Positions 1 through 11,539 of a stretch of 64,000 nt of DNA are shown piece by piece. This stretch comes from Lama glama (taxonomy: Eukaryota): the NCBI GenBank assembly GCA_028534125.1, contig CM052817.1, positions 46,998,001-47,062,000 of the forward strand, given 5' to 3'. Positions within the stretch are counted from its first letter, which is position 1; each line of letters begins with the position of its first letter. Position numbers and translations under genes: made by a program. The notes under the pieces are model-generated. The model worked only from the letters and a program-made list of their open reading frames with translations. It had not been told where the DNA came from and searched no databases.

Positions 1-1027
1 ATGAAGATTTTTCATTTTAGGATCTTTTTTCTTTAATCAACTTTTCTCCTGGATATTAGAAAGTCAGAGTCCCTCTGCTTAAGTGCCACTGTGGAAGGGC
101 CAACACCTAAATGTCATCAGTTCCCTGGAAGGAGAGGAATGCAGCTGCATAGAAGTTGCTGCTTAACTCCCACAATCTTCAGGCAAGGATACTTCCACCT
201 AAAATCAGTAGTCAGTAGCAACCGGTTGCCTTTTTTTTTAACTTGACGAATGAATAGGGAGATACGCTTTTAAAAAGGAAATTATATAGCATATATTGGG
301 ATGTGTGTGTTAACATTTAAAAATTCACATATGAATTTACCAGTCAATTTGAAGGAGGATGACGTCCAGAATCCAGAGAAAAGAGTATCTGGTACCCTTG
401 GGTAAGTTCATAATGAAGCAAAAACAGTAGCTAAGTTTGGTGTAACCCCAACATTGGTCAGAGCTCACGTCTCAGTCAACATTTTATTCCTCACGACACA
501 ATCTGGCCTCTAGGTCTAGGAGTGAGCCTTCTCTGAGGAAACTCCTTTATGTCATTCCAGTGTGCTTGCTGTTGCCAGGAACTCACAACTAAAAACTAGT
601 CTTATGTACATTTGGCCTATTCCTTTCAACCGGCAGACTCCTCATGTTGCTGCTCAGGCTGTTGAAAGCTCATATAGGATATATGTTATGCCCCAGCAAG
701 GAATTCACCGCGCTGCCAGTGATAATTCCACTTAATTCAGGAGATGGTACTTGACCCTTAATATAAGAGTTTGCTGCTCTTTATAATGAAAGCTAAAACA
801 CTGAACTTGGGTCTGAAAATGACTATTAAAACGGATGAGCCAACTAAAGCTTCACACCACAGACTAAACTATGTCTAGTGCTGATTACAACGGGGTGGGC
901 CAGAAACACATGCCTCTCTCCAAACTGGCATTTCAGCAATGTGTTGACTCCTGTATACCATAAACTATCTCAACCTCTAGCGGAAGCAATCGGGAGCACA
1001 TAAAGAGCTGGGGGACTACCCTCTGAT

Positions 1028-1047
1028 CACACACACACACACACACA
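1028..1047. repeat. (CA)10 microsatellite upstream of the promoter
   Basis: Read directly. Confidence 0.95.
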
Positions 1048-1099
1048 AAACACATCCACAAAGCTTAACCCGTGACACGATTAGCTTAAGTGAAAAAAA

Positions 1100-1870
1100 T
1101 GTAAAGGCATACGCAGAAGACCGGCTCTCTTAGGCGAGAACTTCCTAGAGAACGCCCCGCCCTGCTCAGGGCAACAAGCCCCGCCCCCGATTCTGAAATT
1201 CCTTTTGGCCTCTGAGGAGCTCCACGCCAGCAGCGCCAAAGTACCGTGTGTGCGCAGTAGGCCTGCTCAGTGCCGCGTGGGAAAGGCGGGACTTCGCTAC
1301 CATCTGCGTCATCTCCAGCGCGACGCAAGACGTCACCGGCTTGACTAGGAAGATCAATTGTGGCTGCCGGCGCGCCCACGCCTACTTTATGCGCGGGGTC
1401 GCCGGCGCATGCGAGGAATAGTCTCGGCTGCGCGATACTACTCCGTCGGGAGGTCCGCGTGTCCAGCTCCTTGGTGGTGGCAGACATGCTGTGCCGGCTC
1501 AGCCTTCGGTGGCTACGGCCGCTGCCTGCCCTGCGGCTCGGGGCCCTGGGCCCGCAGCTCGCGCCCGTCCTAACGGGCGGCATGAGGCCCTCAGCTCTGC
1601 CAGTGTGGGCAGCCTCGTCAGTCTCTGCAGTTGCCCCGGGTGGCGCGGGAGGCTGGTACGAGGCCCTGGCTACGTCGGCTCCGGTACAGGGCGCGGAGGA
1701 GCTGCTGCTCTGCGCGCACACCTCCACGGGCCTGCCCTGGTGGGGCAGCATTCTCCTCACCACCGTGGCCCTGCGCGGCGCCGTCACGCTGCCCCTGGCC
1801 GCCTACCAGCACTACATCCTGGCCAAGGTGAGGCTTAAGATCCCCAGATAGCTTCCGGAGTGCTGCGTGT
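1100..1870 (+). promoter_or_regulatory. COX18: CpG-island promoter of COX18
   Basis: Abrupt GC- and CpG-rich block in an AT-rich window, covering exon 1. GC boxes CCCCGCCC near 1155 and 1180, CRE-like AGACGTCA 1328-1335, NRF1-like GCGCATGCG 1405-1413, ETS-like CCGGAAGC on - strand 1851-1858. No TATA box evident. Confidence 0.85.
1486..1827 (+). CDS. COX18: COX18 coding exon 1 (mitochondrial presequence and first TM helix)
   Basis: ATG at 1486 (G at -3); MLCRLSLRWLRPLPALRLG... is an Arg/Leu-rich presequence without acidic residues; Oxa1/YidC motif TGLPWWGSILLTTVALRGAVTLPLAAYQHYILAK; donor AAG|GTGAGG; 342 nt, phase 0. Confidence 0.96.
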
Positions 1871-2358
1871 TAATCAGCACCAATACGGCAGTGAGCTACT
1901 TTACAAAAGAATTAACATAGGACAGGAAATAAATGCAAATTTTGTGTGGTTGCCACAGAGCGTGTTAAATACTATTAATTGACTTCTGTTTCTTGGTTTA
2001 CATTACTGGGAAATCCAGGGATTGAAACATTAAAGTGCAGAATGCAGTTCTCATTTATTCCTTAAAATAACCCTATGAAGTAGGTGCTGTTATACATTAT
2101 GTATGTAAGGGGACAGGACTTTAGAAGTTAAATAATTTGCCCAAGATCACACAGCTAAGTGTACACGCTGGAATTTGAATCTGGTTACAGCTGAGGATAT
2201 CTTAAATTAGTGTCATATACTCAGACTTAAGGTTTCTTGACATGACCAGTGAACCACATTTTTAAATGAGCTTGAGGAACTAGAAAGTAAAATCATAAAT
2301 GGTTATGAATAAAGGTCTTTTGTGTGCCCATAACAAAGTGTATTTTTTCTTTAGCTAG

Positions 2359-2459
2359 GTGGAAAATTTGCAGCCAGAAATAAAAAACATTGCAAGGCAT
2401 CTTAACCAAGAAGTTGCAGTTCGCGCAAATCAGTTGGGGTGGTCCAAAAGAGTTGCCAG
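2359..2459 (+). CDS. COX18: COX18 coding exon 2
   Basis: Acceptor ttttctttagctag|GTG; VENLQPEIKNIARHLNQEVAVRANQLGWSKRVA(R); donor CAG|GTAAGC; 101 nt. Confidence 0.95.
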
Positions 2460-4522
2460 GTAAGCTAATTTTATGCATATAAAACCATGAATATATGTAT
2501 GTATGTGTGTATATATATATAGACACAAAATGTATACATGATATTTATTACAGATTTGTGTATTCTGTAGCTTTAGCAGCAAAGTAGTTCTTTCTAATAA
2601 GTTTATGTGGCATGATAGTTTTATATACTGGACTGAAAGGAAAGAAATGGAGAAACAAAGATAAGAAGAGAAAGTTCCTTGTTCTTAAGGGACTCCAGGC
2701 TATTGAAAAAGACAGCCATGTAATCAAATAATGACTGAATTAAGTACTGTACAAAAGATTTATGTACAGAGTCGGGCCATCATGGAAAGTCAGGGATGAA
2801 GATACTGTGCCAGTCTGTTGAGATTTTAATCAATAATGTTACAGGTTATTTGCAAACTTGACCTTTTTGACAAGATTCAGCGGACTATAGCCCACAGGAA
2901 TGGGGAGGTAGAAAATATGAATGCCATAGTAAAAGCGACTGGATAGACAAGGTATTGTCAATCTGCTGTGGTTACTCTGTGTAGCTATCTGCCTTTTCTC
3001 TTAGAAAGCCCTTGCCCAAAGGGGCTTAACCATGCTTCAGTTCTATGCCTACAGTCATCCACTAGGAACTTCAAAGCCCCCCTGCTTCAGTCAGCCTAAG
3101 CTATTACTGCTTAGTTAGTTTTCTAAATCCTGATCCTTACTAGAGTGTGACAAAGTGTTAACCAGTTAACAGCAATGAGAAAAATAAGGGCTTTTTAAAT
3201 ATGATTACTAAATTATCCATATATTTTATCTGTATATGGTGTAAATTTGCCAACTATCTTCAGTATGAAATTATGTCCCTCCTTATATAGTGTTAAAAAG
3301 ACCTGATATTTTAGAAAATATATTCTTATAACTTAATGTCTTTACTTGATAAAAGAAAAAGTTGGTAAACCTATAGTTTTAAAGGTTTACTGAGCAGGGA
3401 AATCCGAGGACTACAGCTTTAGCCCAAAAGAGCAGATTAGTAGCTGCTCACGTGGGTTATAAATGCAGCCTCGACGAGACTGTGGCACCTTGCTTATGCA
3501 GCACTGGCAGGATGATTGTCCAGACACATCCTTACACAGCAGAGTGGCTTTCTAATGCAGGAAACCTTTCTGAGGGTTTCCTGCATTTTCAATGGAATTG
3601 GGTTTTGAAGGCTATTTGTAAATGTCAGGTGACATTTGTCAGGTCAGGAAAGTGGGCTATCCACACAGATGATATAATAACTTCCAAAGGCATGCTGGTG
3701 TGGAAGTCTGATTTGTTGGATGACCCAGATCATTCAGGGACTAGAATATATAGATGTCTACAGAAAGTAACAGGAGATAAAGTTGCAAGAGTAGGCAAAG
3801 GCTAAATTTCAAAGAGCCTAGAATGTCTCTATGTACTGTCTTAATTCAGTAGATTATAATTTGATTAAATTCAGCAAACCTATTGAACGTCTACCTTGTA
3901 TAAAACATGCTACAAGTGATTTAAAGATTAAGACCCGATACTTGACCTTTGAGGAGACTATGGTCCAGAAAGTGGAACTTAAGACAAGAACTGGAATAAC
4001 CAGTATGGTAAACAGAGAAATAGTAAGAAAATCTTTATGAAAGAGTTGACTGAAGAATGGAGACCATTTTGACAGGCCAAGAGCATACACAGTACAAAAC
4101 CACATTGCTACCTAAGATATGTTCAGGAGTTAAGTGATTGAGCTTGGCTGGAGCGGAGGTATTTGAGTAAAATGTGCTTTTCACCTTTAGGATTTCTGAT
4201 TGAAGTTGTGGTCATACTATGTCAGTAGTGAAATTTCCCTGGTTAAAGCCTGATTTGCCAAGGACCACCAGAAACACAGCCTGTAGTTTGACAGTGTCAG
4301 ATTTATTGAATCATTCTGTGATTTGTGTAAATTGTGAAAGAACTTGGAGTAAAGGACTTTATTTGCGTTTTGTTTAGGCAGTCCCTTCATACACCCAAAA
4401 TCCTCCATAAATCCCTTAGCCAGTAACCAGAGCGTGTGTGTGTTTGCGCTGTGGGGATGAAGCACTGCTAGTAGTCAAACGATGTTTTCTCCTTTTTCTT
4501 TTTCCTTCTTCCCTCAATCTAG

Positions 4523-4686
4523 GCTTACTTATCTAAAGATTCTGCGGAGGCTTGTTTCAGAGCTGTATATTCGGGATAACTGCCACCCTTTCAAAGCCAC
4601 TGTATTGGTCTGGATCCAGATTCCAATGTGGATCTTCATGTCTGTTGCTCTCCGGAATTTTAGCACAGGGGCAACACATTCAGAAG
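4523..4686 (+). CDS. COX18: COX18 coding exon 3
   Basis: Long pyrimidine tract then tctag|G; LTYLKILRRLVSELYIRDNCHPFKATVLVWIQIPMWIFMSVALRNFSTGATHSE (Oxa1-type HP...Q.P.W.....ALR); donor AAG|GTAGTT; 164 nt. Confidence 0.96.
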
Positions 4687-5429
4687 GTAGTTATTGAAAT
4701 TTGTTTCCCCAAATAAGTTCTTTGTACTCTAAGTACATTGTCTTTGTACATATGTACACTGTACATATAAGTGCAATTTGTATATAAGTACATTGTCTTT
4801 GTACTCTAAAGAGAAGAACAAAAAACCAAGCAAAAAAATTAAAAACACCTATACTTCTGATAATCAGAATATATTCTTTATTATCTCCCTTACAAGGATC
4901 TGGAATTTAAAACATTAAGTGTAAGCAAACTAGCTGTGTTGAGAAAACAGATGAAATCTAGGAAGGACATCACTAGTGTGACTTCTTGGAGATCATAATA
5001 AAATTAGTGTTGTAATTCCATAATTCAGTTTCCTGGCCAAGAATTTTTTCTAAGTTTAAGAGACCAGAAAATATTTCACAGTTGTAAATGTAAACTTTAA
5101 TTAACAAAGGTTATAAACTAAAGTGTTTGTTTTTTTACTTTCATTTAAAGGCATTGCTAACCAGAAAGTAATCAGTAGATTTGAAAGAAAGCAGCCTATG
5201 GACAAATAATTTTTTAAATTTAAGTCTGAAAAGATTACTGCTTCATATCTCTATTGTCTGTAAATCTCTTGCCTCTTTCTCTGAACAGGAAAGACTAATT
5301 TATGTTATAGAATGAAAATAACCTGAATAAAAAATGCAAGTCTTTAGAATGAGGGACACCTTCTTAGAATTATTTTCCTCTGCTATTTTTAGAAATTCCT
5401 TTGTTTTATGTATAAAAATGTTTCAGCAG

Positions 5430-5551
5430 GTTTTTCTGTTCAGGAGCAGTTAGCTACTGGTGGGGTCCTGTGGTTTCCTGACCTCACTGCCCTGGATTCC
5501 ACTTGGATTCTGCCTGTCTCCGTGGGTGTCATCAATTTATTAATAGTGGAG
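5430..5551 (+). CDS. COX18: COX18 coding exon 4 (alternative NAGNAG start at 5427)
   Basis: Acceptor tttcagcag|GT; GFSVQEQLATGGVLWFPDLTALDSTWILPVSVGVINLLIVE (conserved LWFPDLT motif); donor GAG|GTCAGT; 122 nt (125 with the upstream CAG). Confidence 0.95.
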
Positions 5552-6055
5552 GTCAGTGCTTTTAAATGAGATTTGCTTGCCATTTAAGTCATTGGGATTT
5601 TTGTTGTTGCTGTTCTGAATTCAAACGAATTTGAGCTGGTGGTGATAGCTCTGGGCTAGAATTGAGATTCCTTGGTTTTGGCCACAGATCAGCTATTGAT
5701 GATAAACTGTGTCTCAGGCCGGTTCCTTAACCTCTCTGTATTATTCTCTTGTAATTAAAATAGGAGAGCTGAATTAGAGGCACTTCCAAAATCTCTTTCA
5801 GCTTTAAAATTAAATGATTCTAATGCATACGTTTTTGTGATTTGCTTTTTAGTAAAGACAGCAATTAAGATGCCTAATCAACCTGATCAGTCTGGTTTTA
5901 TTTCCACAAGATATTGGTGTTTCGTGTATGTGTTTAATATGTCCATTTGTATTAGTTAGTACCTGACTGCCCTTAGTTATATGACCTTAGAAGAGTCATA
6001 GAACTTCTTCATAAGATGGAGTGGAGAAACATACGTATAAGATATGACATCCCAA

Positions 6056-6208
6056 GGGGGAGGGCATAGCTCATTGGTAGAGTGCATGCTTAGCATGCAT
6101 GAGGTCCTGAGTTCAATCACCAGTTCCTCCATTAAAAATAAATAAATAAACCTAATTACTTTCCCCAAAATTAAAAAAATAAATAAATAATAATTAAAAA
6201 AAAGAAAA
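6056..6208 (+). mobile_element. tRNA-Ala-derived SINE (camelid vic-1-like), COX18 intron 4
   Basis: GGGGAGGGCATAGCTCATTGGTAGAGTGCATGCTTAGCATGCATGAGGTCCTGAGTTCAATC head with Pol III A/B boxes; A-rich tail; TSD ATATGACATCCCA at 6042-6054 and 6209-6221. Confidence 0.92.
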
Positions 6209-6649
6209 ATATGACATCCCAGCCATGTCTTAACCATTATCCTGTGCTGCTTTACTCAGCAGTTTAGGGAAAGCGTGCCTTTAATCCCATAAAGAACTGT
6301 TCTCAGACTCTGAGTAGAATATAGACTCTGAACTAGAAGAAATCTTAGAAAAGATCTATCTCAGTTGAGCTTTCACAGACCTCATATCTACTGATCTCTC
6401 TTTGGGAAATCTAATACACTTATTTCTTTCAGGCGAGGAAAATGAAGATGATACTCTTAAGGCCTTGGGTAAAGTTTTTTATGTGTAGCCTAGGCGTGTT
6501 ACCCTAAGAGCACCAGCACAGTACTGTGAACGTGGTTGGTACTTGATTATTTCTTAGAAAGAAGGAAGTGGTAACAGGTCACAGTGAATTAATGTCAATC
6601 CTCTAGTCTTTACTTTATTCCATCTAACAACCCAGCTTAGATAAGTTTA

Positions 6650-6910
6650 ATAAAAATCTATTCTTACTTAGCATTCACCATGTGCCAGGCACAGCTGTAC
6701 AGAATTTATTTGAATTAACTCATTTAATTCTTACAGTAATGCTGTAATGTAGGTACTTTTATTACCCCCACTTTAAAGTGGTGAAGGTGAGGAGCAGAAA
6801 GTTTAAGTAACTTGCACAAAAACACATAACCACTAAATGCAGGGCTGCCTCATGAAACGAGATAGTTTGGGTGTACAGTCTGTGTTCATAATCATTGAGT
6901 TATGCTGCCT
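6650..6910. mobile_element. MIR SINE relic (further MIR relics near 2050-2190, 5640-5820, 9030-9290, 9400-9740, 23620-23830, 28130-28280, 36580-36730)
   Basis: Degenerate MIR phrases such as tgtgccaggcac...attacccccacttt...gtttaagtaacttgc. Boundaries approximate. Confidence 0.7.
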
Positions 6911-7398
6911 TGTAAATAAGTAATTTACCTCGTAAATTAAGTAAACCATAACTGCTTTTCCTAGCCTTGGTCCTTTCCAAAGTCTGTGTAGCCAGATCAC
7001 AAACCTTTGAGATGGCTGTTAAGTTCCTTCTTTATGCCAGGCCCTGTATTTAGGTGCTAAAAAGCAAGGTTTATGATTCATACATAATACTTATCTCAAA
7101 GAGACTTAAGGTTTACTGAGAATCTTTCAAAAACATTGACTTATAAAAATTATGCTGTGATTCTTTTTAATATAGTTCAGTCTCTTTATTGCTATTAATT
7201 AAAGCTCCATTTAAGAATTCTACATGATTAAGTTTTTAAATAGATTATTAACCAATAAATTTATCAGTTTTGTTTTTAATTATTTTTTGCTTTTATTAAA
7301 GTATAGGAAGAGGGCAGTCAAAAATCCATTTGTATTTTAAAGCATGTCTAATTTAATGTGCATTTTAATAATCATGTGTATATATTCTACCCCTTCAG

Positions 7399-7506
7399 AT
7401 GTTTGCTCTGCAAAAAATTGGAATGTCTCGTTTTCAGACATATATTACATACTTTGTTCGGGCGGTATCAGTGTTGATGATTCCAATTGCAGCCACAGTA
7501 CCTTCA
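7399..7506 (+). CDS. COX18: COX18 coding exon 5
   Basis: Acceptor ttctaccccttcag|ATG; MFALQKIGMSRFQTYITYFVRAVSVLMIPIAATVPS; donor TCA|GTGAGT; 108 nt. Confidence 0.95.
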
Positions 7507-10500
7507 GTGAGTAAGCACCAGCATTGTGTGAAGCATGTGCTAAATATAAATCTTCTCTGACTGTATTCTGCCTCTTCTATTGAGCTTCCTCTGACCACTC
7601 AACCCCTTACTGGTTTCTGCTGTCCCTATCACCAAGTGATGTCTGAATATTTCTTGGGATTGGTTAAACTTTCTTTATATGAATATGTCTTAACTCTTCT
7701 AAATCAAACTCCTTTTTTCCATTTTTCTTTTTTTTTTTCAGTCTTGCAAAATACCTTGCACAGTACTATGAACATAGTATTTCTCTGTTTGATTAATTGA
7801 TATATTGAGTTCTTTCTGTCTTCATAGTCTGGACCAAGGAAGTTAGCACTTAGAAAAGAAACAAAACTTTGTGCTAGGTCCATATGGTTTCATATGTAAT
7901 ATTATTTAAGCTCATAACAACTTTATGAAGCAGGTATACTTGTCTCCATTTGTACGTAATTAAGCTTTTATAGAAATAGAAAAAGAAATGTTACGTTTGC
8001 AGTTATTTTGTATGTTTAGCCCTTTACTTATTTTCCGTGGATACTTCAGTACTGAGATGGCTAAAGCTGTATCAGGTGTATCTGTCTTTGCTCAGAGCCA
8101 ACACATAGACCATAAAGTAGTCGTCATTTATTGCTGGTAGTTAGAGTTACATCAGCTTGTGTGAAAGTACTTCATATGACTTGTCTCAGGAATCTGAAAT
8201 AGTGTGTTTTCAGCCTCACAAATGTCAATTAAATGTTAAATGTTTTTAAGCTATCACTTAGACATAATACTGTCATTAATCTTGTGTAAAATAAATAAGT
8301 TTTCTCATTTCTAAAATAAACACCATAATGTCTGAGAATTAGTGGAATAATAAGTGCCTATTATAGTACTTTTCACGTAATAATAATGTTGTTGTAAAAT
8401 ACTCTGGTTAAAGCAGAGCAATACAAATTTACTATATTTCTAAGAGAAATAATACCAGTTACCATTGAGAAAACCTCCAGATCAAATATAATAGGAGCAG
8501 TCACGTTTTAATGAGAGATTGAGTTCAAAGTGAGTAACAAGAGATCAAAAAAAACAGTGTCTTCAATACCCAAAAGTTCGTTCTTTCAAATATAGGAAAT
8601 TCAGAATTAGACAGTTTAGTGTAGAGCTGATGTGACATCCCTGTGAAGACAGGAGAGACACAGCCTGCTTCTCTCTTAATGTTGCATAATCCACAGCCTG
8701 TAATTTCTGCCTTGAAGGCCACAGAGTAGTCATGATTGCTGTTGAAGCTTGTTATCTTGTAAGAATAGTAAAACGGTGCTTCAAGTATAGTCAGCCCCTC
8801 TCAGGACCCTTGCCAGATGTCCCTCCAAACACTTGTGCTTACATCTTAAATATGTAACCATACCTAACTGCAAAAGAAGCTGGAAAGTACAGCTTTTTTT
8901 TTTCCCAGGTGACAGTATATCCTGCTGAAAATTAGAGTTTTATTACTAAGGAAGAAGAATGATGTTTTGTAGGCAGTTTGTAGTCTGATGTCGCTGGGCT
9001 CAGTACTGCCCACTTTGTGAATAAGGTGATGATGATAGCTAATATTTATTCAGCATTAACATTGTGCCAGGCAGTGTTTTAAATCATTTACATATATTAG
9101 TGCATATATTTCTCCCAGCAATGTACTGAAGTAGGTGATATTATAACCTCCACTTTAGTGATGAGGGAACCAAGGCATAGAGAGGTTAAGTAGCTCATCC
9201 AGGGTCACTGATCTGTTAAGTGGAAGAGTCTTAACACACATCCAGGCAGTTTGACACTTGCTCTTAACTATTATGCTAATCTGCTTTTGAATATGCTTTG
9301 CTTTCTGCCCTGAAAAACCTGTTCTCGAACAAATTCAAGTGCTTAATATGGGCCGCATACCATGCCTACTGCTATACGTGAATTTTCTCTTTTATTCCTC
9401 ACGGCATCCCTTTGAAGTAAGTACCATATTAGGTACTTTCTTACATGCATGGACTACTCTATTACATGTATCTCAAGTCCATTTTTTAAAAAATCACACT
9501 TTAACTCATCATCAATGTATACTCCATTAGGATAATATTTATTAACTAGGAATTACCAGAAGGCCTTCAGGGAGGGTCATTAAAGTCCTCCATGATGTGA
9601 GTTTCAGGACTTTTTTTTTTTTTGTCCCCATTTTATAGAAGATGAAACTGAAACAAGAAAAATAACTTTCCCAAAGTTAAATAAATAGATTTCAAACTCA
9701 GGCAGTTTGACTCTAGAACCCGGACTCAACCACCACTTGGTCTTTCCTGTGGGGCCTGATTACCTTTATTTCTTTATTTTTTTTTTCCTCTATTAAAATC
9801 AGTTTTATTCCATTAAAAAAAATTGTGATCAAATAATATAACCAAGGAAAAGAGCCCAGCTTCAAGTCTGCAGTGTAAAATCAAGGGGAAATGATCACAT
9901 TTCTTTTTAATTGTCACATTTAGGACCTTTAAAGAGTTCACTGGTTTCCAGGGAGCACCAGTATGCTGTTTGTGCCAAAAATTTCATGAGCTGTCCTCAA
10001 ACATCAAGTTCTGAGTTTGAGCAGCTGTTCAATTGTATGTGATACTGGTTCTCCAACAGACTGATTACCTTCTGATGCCAAAGAAAAGTTTGGGAAAGAT
10101 GTATGAATGGGAATGTTTTAAGAGGCTGCAGGACTTGGTCTTTGACCTAAATAAATCAGTCTGGTAATTAAAAAGAAGACCGAAGATAATGCTGAGACTG
10201 TTTGTCTCAGGAAAAGGCAAAGGTAATGCATTCCTGACTACACTAAAAAACTGGTTACTGGGAAAATTTGCAAGATACATGACTGTATGAGGGAAAATGA
10301 GGTCTAGGGAGGCTAGGTTTGCCATCATAAATGGCCGTGCCCCCTGTAGCCTCCCTGCAATATAGCAGCTTGTCAGAACTCTTGGTGAGGAAGAAGTATA
10401 CTTAATTGCCAAAGAAGAGAGGTGAGATCTCTCTTGAGCCTCTGCCTGGGAGCTCTTCTCCATTATTCATTTCTGTCATGAATACTCTCATTTGGTTTCT

Positions 10501-10708
10501 TTTGGTTTTTGGTCTTCCTTTCAACTTTCTTACCTATCTGTTAGATCTGTCACAGGTATCTAGTAGCCACTGAAGGTCTTGTTCTGTCCTGGTGTACTTT
10601 TGTTTACAGAGATTGCAATTTTCTTTTTTATTGCCTACCTGTCTCTAGACTTGATGTCCTTGGAGAATGGAGAGATGCTAACATTCATGTCCTTTCTTCT
10701 CTCCACAG

Positions 10709-10882
10709 TCGATTGCTCTGTACTGGTTATGCTCCAGCTTCATGGGCCTTTCACAGAACTTGCTGCTGCGTTCCCCTCGATTTCGCCAACTTTGCCGAAT
10801 ACCGTTAACCAAGTCAGATTCACACACTCCTTATAAGGACCTCTTTGCTGCCTTTTATGCCAAGTTCAGTTCAAGAAAATGA
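10709..10882 (+). CDS. COX18: COX18 coding exon 6 (terminal, TGA 10880-10882)
   Basis: Branch-point-like CTAAC 10678-10682, pyrimidine tract, ccacag|TCG; SIALYWLCSSFMGLSQNLLLRSPRFRQLCRIPLTKSDSHTPYKDLFAAFYAKFSSRK* (Oxa1/YidC LYW..S motif). Spliced CDS is 1011 nt, in frame. Confidence 0.96.
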   Translation, partial: SIALYWLCSSFMGLSQNLLLRSPRFRQLCRIPLTKSDSHTPYKDLFAAFYAKFSSRK

Positions 10883-11337
10883 CATACTTTCTAGTAATTT
10901 TGGAACAATGACAGTGTATTCATTCTTAATGTATTTAGAACATCGAGAAATTCAGATATGATTTAATTTGCTTTTGTTTAAAATCATGAGCCCTGTGGAG
11001 TACTGTGGATTAAGATATATTTGGACACTTAAAATCTTTTAAGTGCTAAAAATGTATGTTTAATTATATACTAAGAATATAAGAGGGGAATCAAAGTGTT
11101 GGGCCCTGTTTATAAAATTACAACTTATTAGAGGCGCCAGAACCTTAGAGAACAAGACAAGAAAAGTTTTATAAAATAAGAGCATCCAATGAGGTGATTC
11201 TTAAAATTTTGGAGGTGTGGAAGATCATATACCTGCTTGAGTATTTGATAAAGCCATGGTTTTCTCTTCAGAAAAGTCCTGGAACTCGCATCATGGAGTT
11301 TACTGACCCCCTGAAGGCCTTCTGGTAATTCCTAGTT

Positions 11338-11539
11338 AATAAATACTATCTTAATGGAACATACGTTGATGATGAGTTAATGTGTGATTTTTTAAAAAAT
11401 GGACTTGAGAAACATGCAATAGAGTAGTCCATGTGTGTAAGAAAGTAGTATGGTAGGTTGTATTGCTTCCCAACCCTGCTCTGAAAGAATGCAAAAAGTG
11501 TTCATTCCTTTTTCTATAACTTAAGAAGTCTGGAATAAA
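11338..11539 (+). terminator. COX18: Candidate COX18 polyadenylation signals
   Basis: AATAAA at 11338-11343 and 11534-11539 downstream of the stop; another at 12392-12397. Usage cannot be determined from sequence. Confidence 0.4.

Noticed and set aside
1360..1485. 42-codon in-frame extension upstream of the COX18 ATG (GTG start in the ORF track)
   Set aside because: Near-cognate start in GC-rich promoter sequence; the presequence begins at ATG 1486 and an extension would mask it.
1086..1787. 233-aa minus-strand ORF and other overlapping ORFs around exon 1
   Set aside because: Stop-poor shadow frames of a GC-rich CpG island; low-complexity R/A/P/G composition with no recognisable domain.
6056..6135. 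tRNA-Ala(AGC)-like sequences here and at 14750, 15664 and 38540
   Set aside because: They have A-rich tails, TSDs and stem mismatches, so they are SINE heads and not tRNA genes.
7507..7516. Overlapping donor GTGAGTAAGC with a second GT 4 nt downstream
   Set aside because: A GT at +5/+6 is part of the normal donor consensus; no evidence of use.
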